Assembly: GCA_001873435.1 (NCBI GenBank)
Contig: MNZB01000003.1
Location: 137,789-201,788 of the forward strand
Direction: 5' to 3'
Source: Candidatus Pacebacteria bacterium CG2_30_36_39
GTDB lineage: Bacteria; Patescibacteriota; Microgenomatia; UBA1400; PJMF01
DNA: 64,000 nt
Shown: positions 9,734-19,950 of the stretch, piece after piece
How the letters are laid out: each line of letters starts with the position of its first letter
Numbering within the stretch: position 1 is the stretch's first letter
Notes under the pieces: generated by a model
Database searches by the model: none
Seen by the model: only the letters and a program-made list of their open reading frames with translations
What the model was told of the DNA's origin: nothing
Translations under genes and position numbers: made by a program

Positions 9734-9838
9734 TTAATAACTTATAGTTAAGAGACTTAATAGACTACCTGCTACCAAAGCGATAATAGCCAAAATGGCA
9801 AAAGTCTTAACTATTTTTTCTCGTTGTTTACGTGTCAT
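9734..9838 (-). CDS. 34-aa single-TM small protein
   Basis: Manual translation MTRKQREKIVKTFAILAIIALVAGSLLSLLTISY* fills the tyrS-recG gap almost exactly. Confidence 0.7.
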   Translation of the reverse strand: MTRKQREKIVKTFAILAIIALVAGSLLSLLTISY

Positions 9839-9843
9839 ATCAA

Positions 9844-11040
9844 TTAAACTAATTTATAGAACCTGCGTTTACCAATTCTAATTCCAGCAACATTTTTTAA
9901 ATCTGGAATTGCTTGGATATCAGCTAATTTTATCTCATCAGGAAGCAATGAAACAGCTCCTTGCTCTATCAATCTACGGGCCTGACTATTACTTTCTCTA
10001 GTAAGCAAAACTACAATTTCATTTGCATTCTTACCCACCAAATCCTCTTTCTTTGCAGTTTCCGCAGTATCAACTAAAGTTTTGTTTTGAATTGTTGCCT
10101 CAAAATGTTTCTGAGCCTCATCAGCAGCAGTTTCATCATGATATTGACGGGTAATTTCCCAAGCCAAAATCTTTTTCCACTCCATTGGATTTTTACCTTG
10201 CTCTAAATCTTTTTTAATCTTATCTATTTCATCTTGATGAATATCAGTAAGCAAAGTGAAGTATTCCACGATTAGCTCATCAGCTACTCTCATTAACTTG
10301 CCATACATATCAAGATTAGTTTCTGTTAAAGCAACAAAGTTATTAAATGACTTACTCATTTTTCTGCCATCAGTACCATTAATAATTGGGGTAGTTAAAA
10401 CCCATTTCTCCTTATTGTTGTAGGTTTTTTGCAAAGTTCTGCCCATCATCATATTGAAAGTTTGATCAGTCCCACCAATTTCAAGATCGACATCCATTGC
10501 AACAGAATCATAGCCTTGCATCAGAGGATACATGATCTCATGACCATGAATAGGTAATCCCTTTTTCAATCTCTCTTGGAACATATCTCGTTCCATTAAT
10601 TGTTGAACAGTCGTTTTGGCCATTAATTTAATTAATTCAGCATAATTCAATTTATCTAACCAATCACCATTGTGTTTAATGGTAATCAAATCAAAATTCA
10701 AGATTTTACTTGCTTGAGCTTTCCAATTAACAAAGTTCTTTTCAATCTCCTCATCAGTCAATACTGGTCTGGACTCATCTCTGCCGGTTGGATCGCCTAT
10801 TCTTACGGTGCCATTACCAATGAGAAGAATTACTTCGTGGCCTAATTGAGCAAATTGCTGAAGCTTACGCAATACAACAGAATGTCCCAGATGCAAAAAA
10901 GAACCAGTTGGATCAATTCCCAGATATAACCTGATTTTCCCCTTTTCAAGTCTTTGCGCAAAACCATTAGTGTTGGGAAGAATTTCTGCAACCCCACGAG
11001 TCAGAACTTCTTCTATGGGAAAAGTAGTTTTTTTTAACAT
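9844..11040 (-). CDS. tyrS: Tyrosine--tRNA ligase
   Basis: GIDPTG..LHLGH, YPLMQGYD, GGTDQ, KMSKS. Confidence 0.98.
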   Translation of the reverse strand: MLKKTTFPIEEVLTRGVAEILPNTNGFAQRLEKGKIRLYLGIDPTGSFLHLGHSVVLRKLQQFAQLGHEVILLIGNGTVRIGDPTGRDESRPVLTDEEIEKNFVNWKAQASKILNFDLITIKHNGDWLDKLNYAELIKLMAKTTVQQLMERDMFQERLKKGLPIHGHEIMYPLMQGYDSVAMDVDLEIGGTDQTFNMMMGRTLQKTYNNKEKWVLTTPIINGTDGRKMSKSFNNFVALTETNLDMYGKLMRVADELIVEYFTLLTDIHQDEIDKIKKDLEQGKNPMEWKKILAWEITRQYHDETAADEAQKHFEATIQNKTLVDTAETAKKEDLVGKNANEIVVLLTRESNSQARRLIEQGAVSLLPDEIKLADIQAIPDLKNVAGIRIGKRRFYKLV

Positions 11041-11129
11041 AATCAAGATTCCTATTTTTCTATTTTATACCACCTTCTTGATTTGGTCAGGGGTTCTTTG
11101 CAATAAAAACCTGTTACAATAGACCCGAT

Positions 11130-13871
11130 ATGGAGATTAATTTAACTCAACTTGGCGATCAAGCTCAAGCCATGTATCGTAAATTAATGCGCAAACTTAG
11201 AGTTTATAGCATTCGTTTTAGTAGAGGTAGAATGCGTCAAAGTCGAGTTTCTCCTGCTTTGCAAGAACTTCACAAGGCTCAAAGAATGCGTTTAATTGCT
11301 AGAGCATCTGTTGCAGGAGTAATTGTTGCTGTCGTTGGGTTTATTGGTATGTTTGCTTGGTACTCAAAGGACCTACCAAAGCCAGGAGAAGTAATTCGTC
11401 GAGATGGTTTTAGTACCAAACTTTATGATCGTAGTGGTGTTCTTCTCTATGATTTATTTGATACCGAGCGTCGCAATCCCATCAGCATCAACGGGGTTTC
11501 TGAGTATTTGAAGCAAGCCACTGTTGCCATTGAAGACAAGGATTTTTATAAGCATAGCGGCTTTGATTTTCTTACTATTGTTCGCATTCCATATAATGTG
11601 GTTTTTAAACAAAGAGTTGTGGGTGGATCCACTCTCACCCAACAGTTAGTTAAAAATGCCTTATTAAGCAATGAGCGCACTGTTTCTCGTAAATTCAAAG
11701 AACTAGTCCTTTCTATTCAAATAGAACGTACTTTTACTAAAGACCAAATTTTGGAAATGTATCTCAATGAAGCTCCTTATGGTGGAACAGCTTGGGGAGC
11801 TGGTACTGCAGCCGAACTTTATTTTAATAAATCAGCAGCAGATTTAACTTTGGCAGAATCTGCATTTCTGGCTGGTTTACCTCAAAGACCAAGTGTTTAC
11901 TCTCCTTTTGCCGGCAAAAAAGATGACAACGGCGTTCCTTATTGGAAAATTAGAACAGAAAGCGTGTTGCGAGCCATGGAAAAAAGTGGTTACATCACTA
12001 AACTACAGATGGAAGAAACAATTTCTTCCTTAGATAGCTTAGCTTTTAATTCTACTGATACAGACATTAAAGCTCCTCACTTTGTTTTTTATGTAAGAGA
12101 CAAACTTGAAGAAATGTTTGGAGCTGATTTGGTGGAACGAGGTGGTCTTAAAGTGACCACCAGCCTTGACCTAGAATTACACCAAAAAGCTCAGGCTATT
12201 GTAGCTGAGGAAGTAGCTGGAGTTGAAAGTTATCACATCACCAATGGATCGGCTGTAGTAATGAACCCCAAAACTGGTGAAATCTTAAGTATGGTTGGAA
12301 GCAAAGATTTTTTTGCCAAAGACATTGATGGACAATATAACGTTGCTGCTGATGGCTTGCGTCAACCAGGATCATCTATTAAGCCCGTAACTTATTTATC
12401 GCTATTCCGTCGTGGCTATAGCCCAGCCTCAATGATTGCTGATGTAGAAACGGTTTTTAAACCCAATGAAAATTCCGATGAATATAAGCCAAAAAACTAT
12501 GACGGCAAATTCCGCGGGCCAGTTAGTTTACGCAATAGTCTTGGTAGTTCATTAAATATCCCAGCAGTCAAAGGAGTGGCAATTGTGGGGGTTAAAGAGT
12601 TTTTACAAAATGCATATGATATGGGTTTTGTAACTTTAGAACCAACTGATGACAACATGAAACGCTTTGGTTTAGCAGTTACTTTGGGAGGCGCTGAAGT
12701 ACATTTGTTAGATACCACTACAGCATATAGTGCTTTTGCCAATGGTGGTTTAAAAGTCCAACCAGTATCAATTCTCAAGGTTGAAGATAAAGATGGCAGA
12801 GTCCTATTTGAACATAAACAAGTCGAGGGCAAGAGAGTGATGACAACTGGAGAAGCATTTTTAATTAATGATGTTTTATCAGACAACAACGCTCGCTTAT
12901 TAGCCTTTGGTGTTAACTCTTTATTAAATACTGGCAAAGCCATTGCTGTTAAAACTGGTACCACTAATGACCAACGTGATAACTGGACCATTGGCTGGAG
13001 CCAAGAAATAATGGTTGGTGTTTGGGTTGGTAATAATGACAATACTCAAATGACTAAGGTTGCATCAGGTATTACTGGCGCCTCCCCCATTTGGCGTCGT
13101 ATTATTTTTACTGCTTTAGACAAAGGCTATGGTGCTCCAGCTTGGACTGTTCCAAGTGATATTGAACAAGTAGAAGTAGATCTTGTTTCTGGCTATCCAA
13201 AACATGATGATTTTCCAGCTCGCACCGATTACTTTCTCAAAGGCACAGTACCTAGTTTGCCAGACCCAATTCACGCTAAACTACCAGTCTGTCGTGATGA
13301 TGGCAGTAAGCTGGCAACGGAAGCTAAGGTAAGTTCTGGAGATTATGACACTCGTGAATTTGTAGTTCTTCAGGAAAGAGATCCATTTAGCACTGATGGA
13401 GTCAATCGATGGCAGTTGTCTATTGATGCTTGGATAAATGGCCAGGATGACTCTAGATATAAAGTACCAACTCAGTATTGTGGAGAAACTGGTGAAGTTT
13501 ATGTTCATATTTCTAAACCAGAAAATGAAAAATCTTATAGTGACACAAAAATCGAGGTTCACATCGATGCTGGTAGCGATGCCGGTATTGAAAAAATTGA
13601 AATTTATTTGGACGGTAATAAAACTGAAACAGTCAATGATCGTAAATATCGTGGTTGGATTATTTTTCCAACTGGGAAACATGAACTATATGCCAAGGCA
13701 TTTTCTAGGGATGGCAAAGAATCAAAGAGCAATACAATCAAACTAGGTTCAGGTGGATCTGATTGGAAAGATCCAGAACCAACTGCTACACCAGTGCCAC
13801 CAAAGCCAACCGCCACGCCTATTCCAATCGTGCCCACAATAATCTTAATCTCACCTACTCCAACACCTTAA
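11130..13871 (+). CDS. Class A penicillin-binding protein (PBP1A family) with C-terminal Ig-like domain and Pro/Thr tail
   Basis: EDKDFY, GGSTLTQQLVKN, RKFKE (transglycosylase); GSSIK, SLN, KTGT (transpeptidase). Confidence 0.95.
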   Translation: MEINLTQLGDQAQAMYRKLMRKLRVYSIRFSRGRMRQSRVSPALQELHKAQRMRLIARASVAGVIVAVVGFIGMFAWYSKDLPKPGEVIRRDGFSTKLYDRSGVLLYDLFDTERRNPISINGVSEYLKQATVAIEDKDFYKHSGFDFLTIVRIPYNVVFKQRVVGGSTLTQQLVKNALLSNERTVSRKFKELVLSIQIERTFTKDQILEMYLNEAPYGGTAWGAGTAAELYFNKSAADLTLAESAFLAGLPQRPSVYSPFAGKKDDNGVPYWKIRTESVLRAMEKSGYITKLQMEETISSLDSLAFNSTDTDIKAPHFVFYVRDKLEEMFGADLVERGGLKVTTSLDLELHQKAQAIVAEEVAGVESYHITNGSAVVMNPKTGEILSMVGSKDFFAKDIDGQYNVAADGLRQPGSSIKPVTYLSLFRRGYSPASMIADVETVFKPNENSDEYKPKNYDGKFRGPVSLRNSLGSSLNIPAVKGVAIVGVKEFLQNAYDMGFVTLEPTDDNMKRFGLAVTLGGAEVHLLDTTTAYSAFANGGLKVQPVSILKVEDKDGRVLFEHKQVEGKRVMTTGEAFLINDVLSDNNARLLAFGVNSLLNTGKAIAVKTGTTNDQRDNWTIGWSQEIMVGVWVGNNDNTQMTKVASGITGASPIWRRIIFTALDKGYGAPAWTVPSDIEQVEVDLVSGYPKHDDFPARTDYFLKGTVPSLPDPIHAKLPVCRDDGSKLATEAKVSSGDYDTREFVVLQERDPFSTDGVNRWQLSIDAWINGQDDSRYKVPTQYCGETGEVYVHISKPENEKSYSDTKIEVHIDAGSDAGIEKIEIYLDGNKTETVNDRKYRGWIIFPTGKHELYAKAFSRDGKESKSNTIKLGSGGSDWKDPEPTATPVPPKPTATPIPIVPTIILISPTPTP

Positions 13872-13876
13872 ATTAG

Positions 13877-15097
13877 TTAGCTGTTTTTATTCTTATCACT
13901 TGGCATTAAATAAATCGTGACAATGATCATTCCACCCAACCATTGGGTTAATAAATAATGATCAAGTAAAAATAGGGGTAGAACTGAAAAAGCAATTAAA
14001 CTGTGGCTGTTCCACCACTCTCTTATCTTTTTCCTTAATGAAACTAAAAACATAATTCCCAGAAAACCAGTTTCTGCTAACCAGAGCAAAAAAACATTAT
14101 GAACTGGCTGAATAAACCTAGCTATCTCATCGCTAGATTGCGGTTTTATAGCATAAAGAAAGCTATTGAGTCCTGTGCCAAAAACAGGCTGATTTTGCCA
14201 AGCTAGAACGGCCTGAGCATTAAGAAATATCCTACGTTGGAGTGACAAAAGAGGAAATTCTGTGGCCAATTTAACTAAAATTAATGGTGAAAATAAGATA
14301 GCAATAATTGTTCCAAGCTTAAATAATTTAGTGCCAACTTTTGGATATAAAAAAGACCAATTTTTAAGTACAAAGTAAAAAACTAAAACACCAATAGCTC
14401 CATAGGCTTGAGTGAGAAAAATAGTTTGACAAGTAATTGCCAATAAACCAAGTAAGAGCCAAGGTTTTTTTATTTGTTTATTATTTTTAGTTTCTGTTTC
14501 AAAAACATAAACCAAACCAACAGCCAATAGTCCAGCCAAAATATTGGGGTGAGCAGTGGTTCCATATGGAAGAATTTGTAGTTTTTCAGCTAATTGAGCT
14601 CGGCTAATATTAATGAAATTTGTCAGTTGAGATTCTCCCAGAAAACGATATGGAAGAAGATTGCTCTGATAAATAAATTGTAGATTTGCTATGAAGATTT
14701 GTAGAATTAATGCAAATAAAACTCCATATTTAAAAGCATTTAGCAATCTCGATTGTTTGACAATTAAAACCGAAAAAACAATTAACTCAAAAGCCTTAAT
14801 CAGCCAAAGAAAACTATTTAATGGTTTGGGTGTAAAAAACTGGAAGATGAAAAGTATTAAGAATAAAACACTTGTTAAGTTTAATTTGATTTTTATTTTA
14901 TGCAGTTGTCCAACTGAAAAACTTATTATTAAAACTAAAACAAATATTTCTGCTAGCCAAAACTTAGGAATCAGGTAATCACTAAAAATGCCATTAAGAT
15001 AGGCACTATTAATTTGCCATTTTAAAAATAAATTTAAGGAAGAAAAAACAACTGCAAGAATCACTAAAAGTTCTTGAATTTTTTCTTTCCAATTCAT
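13877..15097 (-). CDS. O-antigen ligase/oligosaccharyltransferase (Wzy_C) family protein
   Basis: Multi-TM; HPNILAG, PVFGTG, HNVFLLWLAETG. Confidence 0.85.
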   Translation of the reverse strand: MNWKEKIQELLVILAVVFSSLNLFLKWQINSAYLNGIFSDYLIPKFWLAEIFVLVLIISFSVGQLHKIKIKLNLTSVLFLILFIFQFFTPKPLNSFLWLIKAFELIVFSVLIVKQSRLLNAFKYGVLFALILQIFIANLQFIYQSNLLPYRFLGESQLTNFINISRAQLAEKLQILPYGTTAHPNILAGLLAVGLVYVFETETKNNKQIKKPWLLLGLLAITCQTIFLTQAYGAIGVLVFYFVLKNWSFLYPKVGTKLFKLGTIIAILFSPLILVKLATEFPLLSLQRRIFLNAQAVLAWQNQPVFGTGLNSFLYAIKPQSSDEIARFIQPVHNVFLLWLAETGFLGIMFLVSLRKKIREWWNSHSLIAFSVLPLFLLDHYLLTQWLGGMIIVTIYLMPSDKNKNS

Positions 15098-15104
15098 GCG
15101 TTGA

Positions 15105-17069
15105 TTATAACTTGCCAACCAATTTGCCATTAAATTGTTTTGTTACCATTGCCACCACTTTTTCTCTCAGTGGTTTAATATTTTCATTTGCTAAGTTTTT
15201 CTTTTGATCCCAGTACTCAATGCCAAAGCTGCAGTTTTGTTGATAAACATCTTCTAGAGTAACACTTTTAATATATTGACTAAGGCCAGCTATTTCATCA
15301 ATTACTGGTCCTATTTGAGTTTCAACTGGTAAGGTAAAAGTCAAACTTTCTTTTATGCTTGAAGTCTTCGGCAGTGGTTGATAGTTGGGATGTTGTTTAA
15401 CCAATGGCAATAAAATGGCTAGCTCTATTTCTATACAAGTTAAATTATTTTCTAGCCAGATTCTACCAATCTTTATTGAGTCTACTAAAATCTCTCCATA
15501 ACTTTCCCCATTTTTTTGTTTAACAACAGGTTTAGTTAAATAGAATTTTCTCAGTAAAGCTTCGAAATCACCTTTAACTATTGCAAGTGGTTTTTGGGAT
15601 ACCAAGCTCAACAACATTGTTTCATTGGGCAATTCATTTTCTTGTGGATGATAAACATTTGCTAATTCAAATACTGATAAGTTTTCTACCTGTGGATTAT
15701 TAGCAATTGTTTCTTGAAGTGAAGGAGAAAGTGAGCGACGCAAATATACTTTATCTTCAGTTAAAGAGTTGGCTAATTGTAAGTGTCTGGTAATTTGAAA
15801 ACCACTCTGTTGAGCAATTTTTTCACTCACCATCGAGTAGGTATAAATTTCAAACCAACCTCTATCTGCTAAAAAATGCTTGATTGTTTCTTCTGCAGAA
15901 AAGTTTAGATCTTTTGGTTTAGTCAAAGGAATTTTAGTAGGCATTAGGACACTGGGTAAATTATGGTAACCATGGATGCGAGCTATTTCTTCTACAATGT
16001 CGGCTGGTATTTGTAGGTCTTTACGGAAAGTAGGAGGAACAATGTGGAAAGTATTTCTTATTACCTCCACTTTGCACTCTAGTTTCTTTAGTATTTCTAC
16101 AATTCTTTCCTTTTCAATTTCTAGACCAAGATATATATCAATTTTTTCTTTATCAAAAATAATTGGTTGTGGCTGTTCTTCTCCAGAAAAATCATCATGA
16201 ATTTTACTAGCAACAGTTGCTTCACAAAGATCTTGATAAAGTTCGATAGCTCTAACAAAAGTTGGTTCAGCTAAATGTGGATCAATCCCTTTTTCAGATA
16301 ATTGAGCAGCCACAGTTCTAATAGCATGAGACATTGAAGCAAATCTAATTTTGCTTGGTTCTAATGATTCAATCCAAAGCAAAATATTTTTTGTATCAGC
16401 ATTAACTGAGGAGTTTGCTGTGCCCTTAATTGCTGGTAGATCAATAATTTCACCTTTGGAATTTTTGAAAACAATCTCACCTCCCACGCAGCTATGCAAC
16501 TCACCATCCAAAGTTACAAAAGCCTCACCCTTCTTTGCTTCAGTAACATGAATTTCTCCACCAAGAGCCATAATTCTATCGTAATCAAAGGCATGAATAG
16601 GGTGACCAAGCTCATGAGTTACATAGTTTGTGATATCTATAGCACTGTCATGAATATTCATTTCTACTTGAGTTAAACGATCTGCCATCCATTTTGGAGT
16701 AACTGTTCTTTTAACATTTTGCAGAACTACACACAAAGTTCTTTTGCAAAATTTATGAGGATCTATGATTTTAGGTAAAGGTAATAAATTATTTTCTTTT
16801 AAATTTTTTAAGGTTAAATTTTGCTTGGCTAATTTAGCAGGAATATCAAATTGTCCTAGAATAACTGCAGCCTCGCGAGCAACACCACGAACAGACATAC
16901 TATCAACGCGGTTGGTAGTAATTTCAATGTCGTAGACTTTATCATTACCTCTTTCATAAATGCGTTCAATAGAGGGTCCGCAGAGAGAAACATATTCCTG
17001 AATTTTTGTAGGGCTTAATTCAGTTTCTAGTTGTTCAAGTAACCATTTATGAGGGATTAATATATTCAT
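15105..17069 (-). CDS. pheT: Phenylalanine--tRNA ligase beta subunit (short form)
   Basis: EITTNRVD, ELGHPIHAFD, ADIVEEIARIHGY. Confidence 0.96.
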   Translation of the reverse strand: MNILIPHKWLLEQLETELSPTKIQEYVSLCGPSIERIYERGNDKVYDIEITTNRVDSMSVRGVAREAAVILGQFDIPAKLAKQNLTLKNLKENNLLPLPKIIDPHKFCKRTLCVVLQNVKRTVTPKWMADRLTQVEMNIHDSAIDITNYVTHELGHPIHAFDYDRIMALGGEIHVTEAKKGEAFVTLDGELHSCVGGEIVFKNSKGEIIDLPAIKGTANSSVNADTKNILLWIESLEPSKIRFASMSHAIRTVAAQLSEKGIDPHLAEPTFVRAIELYQDLCEATVASKIHDDFSGEEQPQPIIFDKEKIDIYLGLEIEKERIVEILKKLECKVEVIRNTFHIVPPTFRKDLQIPADIVEEIARIHGYHNLPSVLMPTKIPLTKPKDLNFSAEETIKHFLADRGWFEIYTYSMVSEKIAQQSGFQITRHLQLANSLTEDKVYLRRSLSPSLQETIANNPQVENLSVFELANVYHPQENELPNETMLLSLVSQKPLAIVKGDFEALLRKFYLTKPVVKQKNGESYGEILVDSIKIGRIWLENNLTCIEIELAILLPLVKQHPNYQPLPKTSSIKESLTFTLPVETQIGPVIDEIAGLSQYIKSVTLEDVYQQNCSFGIEYWDQKKNLANENIKPLREKVVAMVTKQFNGKLVGKL

Positions 17070-17078
17070 GTTTGCCTT

Positions 17079-18140
17079 TTAGAATTGTGCTAAGAAACGA
17101 GTTTCTCCAGAATAGAAATACCTAATATCATCAATATTCAGGCCTTTGCGGAGGGTATAAGTTCTTTCCACTCCCCACCCAAAAGCAAAACCAGTGTATT
17201 CCTGAGGATCAATGCCACCAGCTTTAAGAACATTGGGGTGAACCATACCAGCACCTCCTACTTCATGCCAACCAGACTTACAGAGACCACATTTTTGTTT
17301 ATCTCCATGTTCATCAGCGATAAGGCCAGTGCCATGACAAATGTGACAACTAAAATCTACTTCAAAAGATGGCTCTGTAAATTGGAAATGAAATGGACGA
17401 ATACGACTTTTTGTTCCTGGTCCATAGAATTCTTGAGCAAAATAATCTAAAGTGCCTTTTAAATGTTGAATATTAATTCCTTTATCTACAACTAAACCTT
17501 CAAATTGATGAAACATTTGAGTATGAGTAACGTCTTGTTGGCGACGATAACAACGAGCAATATTTATCATTCTAATTGGCGGTTGATGTTTGAGTCTTTC
17601 CATTTCTCTTACCTGACCATTAGAGGTATGTGGAGTAAGAACTACCTTGCCCATTTTTTTATTTGGCGGTACTTTGACAAAGAATGTTTCCCATTCATCT
17701 CTAGCTGGGTGATCGGCCGGCATATTCAAGGCTTCAAAAGCATAGTGATCCCAGTCAACTTCAGGATAGCGCACTCGTGTAAAGCCAATTTTTTGAAAAA
17801 TCCCAGAAATTTCTTCTATAGCTTGAGAAATAGGATGTACATGACCAGATTCTTGGTCTTTACCTGGAATAGTTAAATCAACCCATTTGTTTTTATGATC
17901 AACAGAGGAATTTGTTTCCAAACGATTTTGTAGATATGTTTTGAGCTCATTGAGTAATTGTCCAGCAACTTTTTTGTTTTCATTAGAAACATTTTTTATT
18001 TCTTTTGAAAGTTCATTGAACAATCCTTTTTTTCCAAGGTAGATAAGTTTTTTATCTGCATTGATTTGTTGATTTTGATCAAAATCTTTTTTAAGTTTTT
18101 CGATCTGAATCTTTAAATTGGATAAAGTATCGGCTGACAT
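17079..18140 (-). CDS. pheS: Phenylalanine--tRNA ligase alpha subunit
   Basis: HPARD, FHQFEG, FQFTEPS, GFAFGWGVER. Confidence 0.98.
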   Translation of the reverse strand: MSADTLSNLKIQIEKLKKDFDQNQQINADKKLIYLGKKGLFNELSKEIKNVSNENKKVAGQLLNELKTYLQNRLETNSSVDHKNKWVDLTIPGKDQESGHVHPISQAIEEISGIFQKIGFTRVRYPEVDWDHYAFEALNMPADHPARDEWETFFVKVPPNKKMGKVVLTPHTSNGQVREMERLKHQPPIRMINIARCYRRQQDVTHTQMFHQFEGLVVDKGINIQHLKGTLDYFAQEFYGPGTKSRIRPFHFQFTEPSFEVDFSCHICHGTGLIADEHGDKQKCGLCKSGWHEVGGAGMVHPNVLKAGGIDPQEYTGFAFGWGVERTYTLRKGLNIDDIRYFYSGETRFLAQF

Positions 18141-18191
18141 AATTTCTTTATTGTACCAGGCTAGGGAGAATTATTAAAAGGTGGTTCTCCA

Positions 18192-18359
18192 TTATTCTGA
18201 TTCCTCTTCTTGATTATCGGTTGATTGAATAGGAAGTTTTGAGCGCAAGTTGATGACTTTTTCGAGTCTCCCAGCTTGTTTCCAATCCTCAGCTGCTTCA
18301 TAACGATCGAAGCTGTGCTGTTTAGCTAAGTGTGAGAAATAGAACATCCTTTCTCGCAT
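18192..18359 (-). CDS. Possible 55-aa small hypothetical protein
   Basis: ATG preceded by SD-like GGAAAGGAAG, acidic C-terminus QEEESE, no recognisable family. Confidence 0.35.
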   Translation of the reverse strand: MRERMFYFSHLAKQHSFDRYEAAEDWKQAGRLEKVINLRSKLPIQSTDNQEEESE

Positions 18360-18375
18360 TCTTCCTTTCCGAAAA

Positions 18376-18406
18376 ACCAAAAACCCCGCTCTTTTGGAGC
18401 GGGGTT
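18376..18406 (-). terminator. Intrinsic terminator after infC-rpmI-rplT
   Basis: AACCCCGCTC-caaaa-GAGCGGGGTT followed by T-run on the minus strand. Confidence 0.85.
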
Positions 18407-18539
18407 GTTTTTCTTTTATTACTTCTTCAAGTTCTACAACACCACTCCACTAGCCTTTTGGATAAACAAAAAGGAGCAAATTGAATGGTTGGTACGAACA
18501 CGAAGACTATTCATGATATCTATAGTTTTAACAGATTTA

Positions 18540-18896
18540 TTAAGCTTTAGCAACTTTTTCTACGACTGCTTTAAAGGCAGCCATATTTTCTGCAGCAAAT
18601 TTTGCTAGGATCTTACGATCCAAAGCAATATTAGCTTTTTTCAAACCATTGATGAAGCGAGAGTATTTTAAACCATCGCCAACTTGAGTAAGGGCTGCAG
18701 TAATACGAACGATCCAAAGTTTGCGCATATCTCTTTTGCGAAGTTTACGACCTACGAAGGCGTATTGACCAGCATGAAGATTGGCTTCTATAGCTCTTTT
18801 AATTAAACGACGATTTGTGCCACGGAAACCCTTGTTCATTTTTAGGATTTTTTTGTGTGCTTTGCGTCTGACAATTCCAGTTTTAACTCTAGACAT
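18540..18896 (-). CDS. rplT: 50S ribosomal protein bL20
   Basis: [27 protein letters not shown]. Confidence 0.98.
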   Translation of the reverse strand: MSRVKTGIVRRKAHKKILKMNKGFRGTNRRLIKRAIEANLHAGQYAFVGRKLRKRDMRKLWIVRITAALTQVGDGLKYSRFINGLKKANIALDRKILAKFAAENMAAFKAVVEKVAKA

Positions 18897-18921
18897 ATTT
18901 TTCCTCTATTTATATTTTCTA

Positions 18922-19125
18922 TTAGGCTAAGCCAAGCATTTTCTTAACTTTAGTAGCCCATTTTCCTTTTACTTGAACCAAGATGCGGTAATTTCTCTTA
19001 GCCTTCTTGCTTTTGTTGCGAAGCAGATGACGTTGATTTTGTACTCTGTGCATTACTTTGCCAGTGCCGGTGATTTTAAATCGACGAGCAGCACCTTTGC
19101 GGGTTTTTTGTTTGATTTTTTTCAT
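18922..19125 (-). CDS. rpmI: 50S ribosomal protein bL35
   Basis: [17 protein letters not shown]. Confidence 0.96.
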   Translation of the reverse strand: MKKIKQKTRKGAARRFKITGTGKVMHRVQNQRHLLRNKSKKAKRNYRILVQVKGKWATKVKKMLGLA

Positions 19126-19138
19126 GGCTTTGCCTTAT

Positions 19139-19708
19139 TTACTTTATTTCTTTTTTCTTATCAGGTGAGAGCTGGGCAATTAGTTTTTTTCCTAATAATT
19201 TTGCTTCAATCTCAACTTTTGATATTGTTTGGGTGCGCTCTATTACTCGATTAAAGACTTCGAAACCTTGGTCTTTATTAGCAATAGTGCGACCTTTAAA
19301 CATCAAACTTAAACGAACTTTATGACCCTTTTCCAAGAATCCAGTTACTTTTCTCAAGCGTGTTTCAAAGTCACCTTCTCCAATAAATGGAGAAAAACGA
19401 ACTTCTTTTAGTTCTTGAACCTTAGCACTTTTTCGTTGATCAGCCTGTTTTTGTTGTAGCTGATATTTGTATTTACTCAGCTCAATAATTTTGACTACAG
19501 GTGGATCAGCTTTTTCAGTGACTACAACCAAGTCTTTTTCAACTTCCCTAGCTTTTTCCAAAGCTTCCTGAGAACTCATTATTCCCAAGGATTCCCCTCT
19601 TTCTGCCAGAACTCTGACTTGAGGGAAGCGAATGTGGTGGTTTGCCTGAATGAAATCTGCTTTTCTTCTGTTGTATCTATCTTGTTGGTTGTATGGTTTG
19701 TTGATCAC
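19139..19708 (-). CDS. infC: Translation initiation factor IF-3 (GTG or ATC start)
   Basis: IRFPQVRV, PPVVKI, KEVRF, FLEKGHKV. Confidence 0.96.
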   Translation of the reverse strand: MINKPYNQQDRYNRRKADFIQANHHIRFPQVRVLAERGESLGIMSSQEALEKAREVEKDLVVVTEKADPPVVKIIELSKYKYQLQQKQADQRKSAKVQELKEVRFSPFIGEGDFETRLRKVTGFLEKGHKVRLSLMFKGRTIANKDQGFEVFNRVIERTQTISKVEIEAKLLGKKLIAQLSPDKKKEIK

Positions 19709-19840
19709 TCGTTTTTTAAGTTACTTATTACTATGTTTTCCCGAGAAAAAGTCCCGGAACAACGAACGTTGATTATATCATTTTCTTTGTGATTGTGTAT
19801 TAGAGTTTCATTGGGTATAATTCCCACCATTACTCGGTGA

Positions 19841-19914
19841 GAGCCCGTAGCTCAGTTGGTTAGAGCGCTTCATTGACATTGAAGAGGTCAGAGGTTCGAG
19901 TCCTCTCGGGCTCA
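19841..19914 (+). tRNA. tRNA-Val(GAC)
   Basis: Cloverleaf: acceptor GAGCCCG/CGGGCTC, anticodon arm CTTCA-TTGACAT-TGAAG, TTCGAGT T-loop. Confidence 0.97.
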
Positions 19915-19921
19915 CCCAGAT

Positions 19922-19950
19922 AAAAACACTCCCAATTTGGGAGTTTTTTT
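19922..19950. terminator. Bidirectional intrinsic terminator
   Basis: ACTCCCA-att-TGGGAGT flanked by A- and T-runs. Confidence 0.75.

Noticed and set aside
9741-9746. Leaderless -10 (TATAAG) for recG
   Set aside because: It is a weak match inside the upstream small ORF. Co-transcription with tyrS is the simpler reading.
18410-18520. pheM-like attenuator or T-box
   Set aside because: Only two non-adjacent Phe codons, no T-box UGGNACC motif, and pheS has its own promoter.
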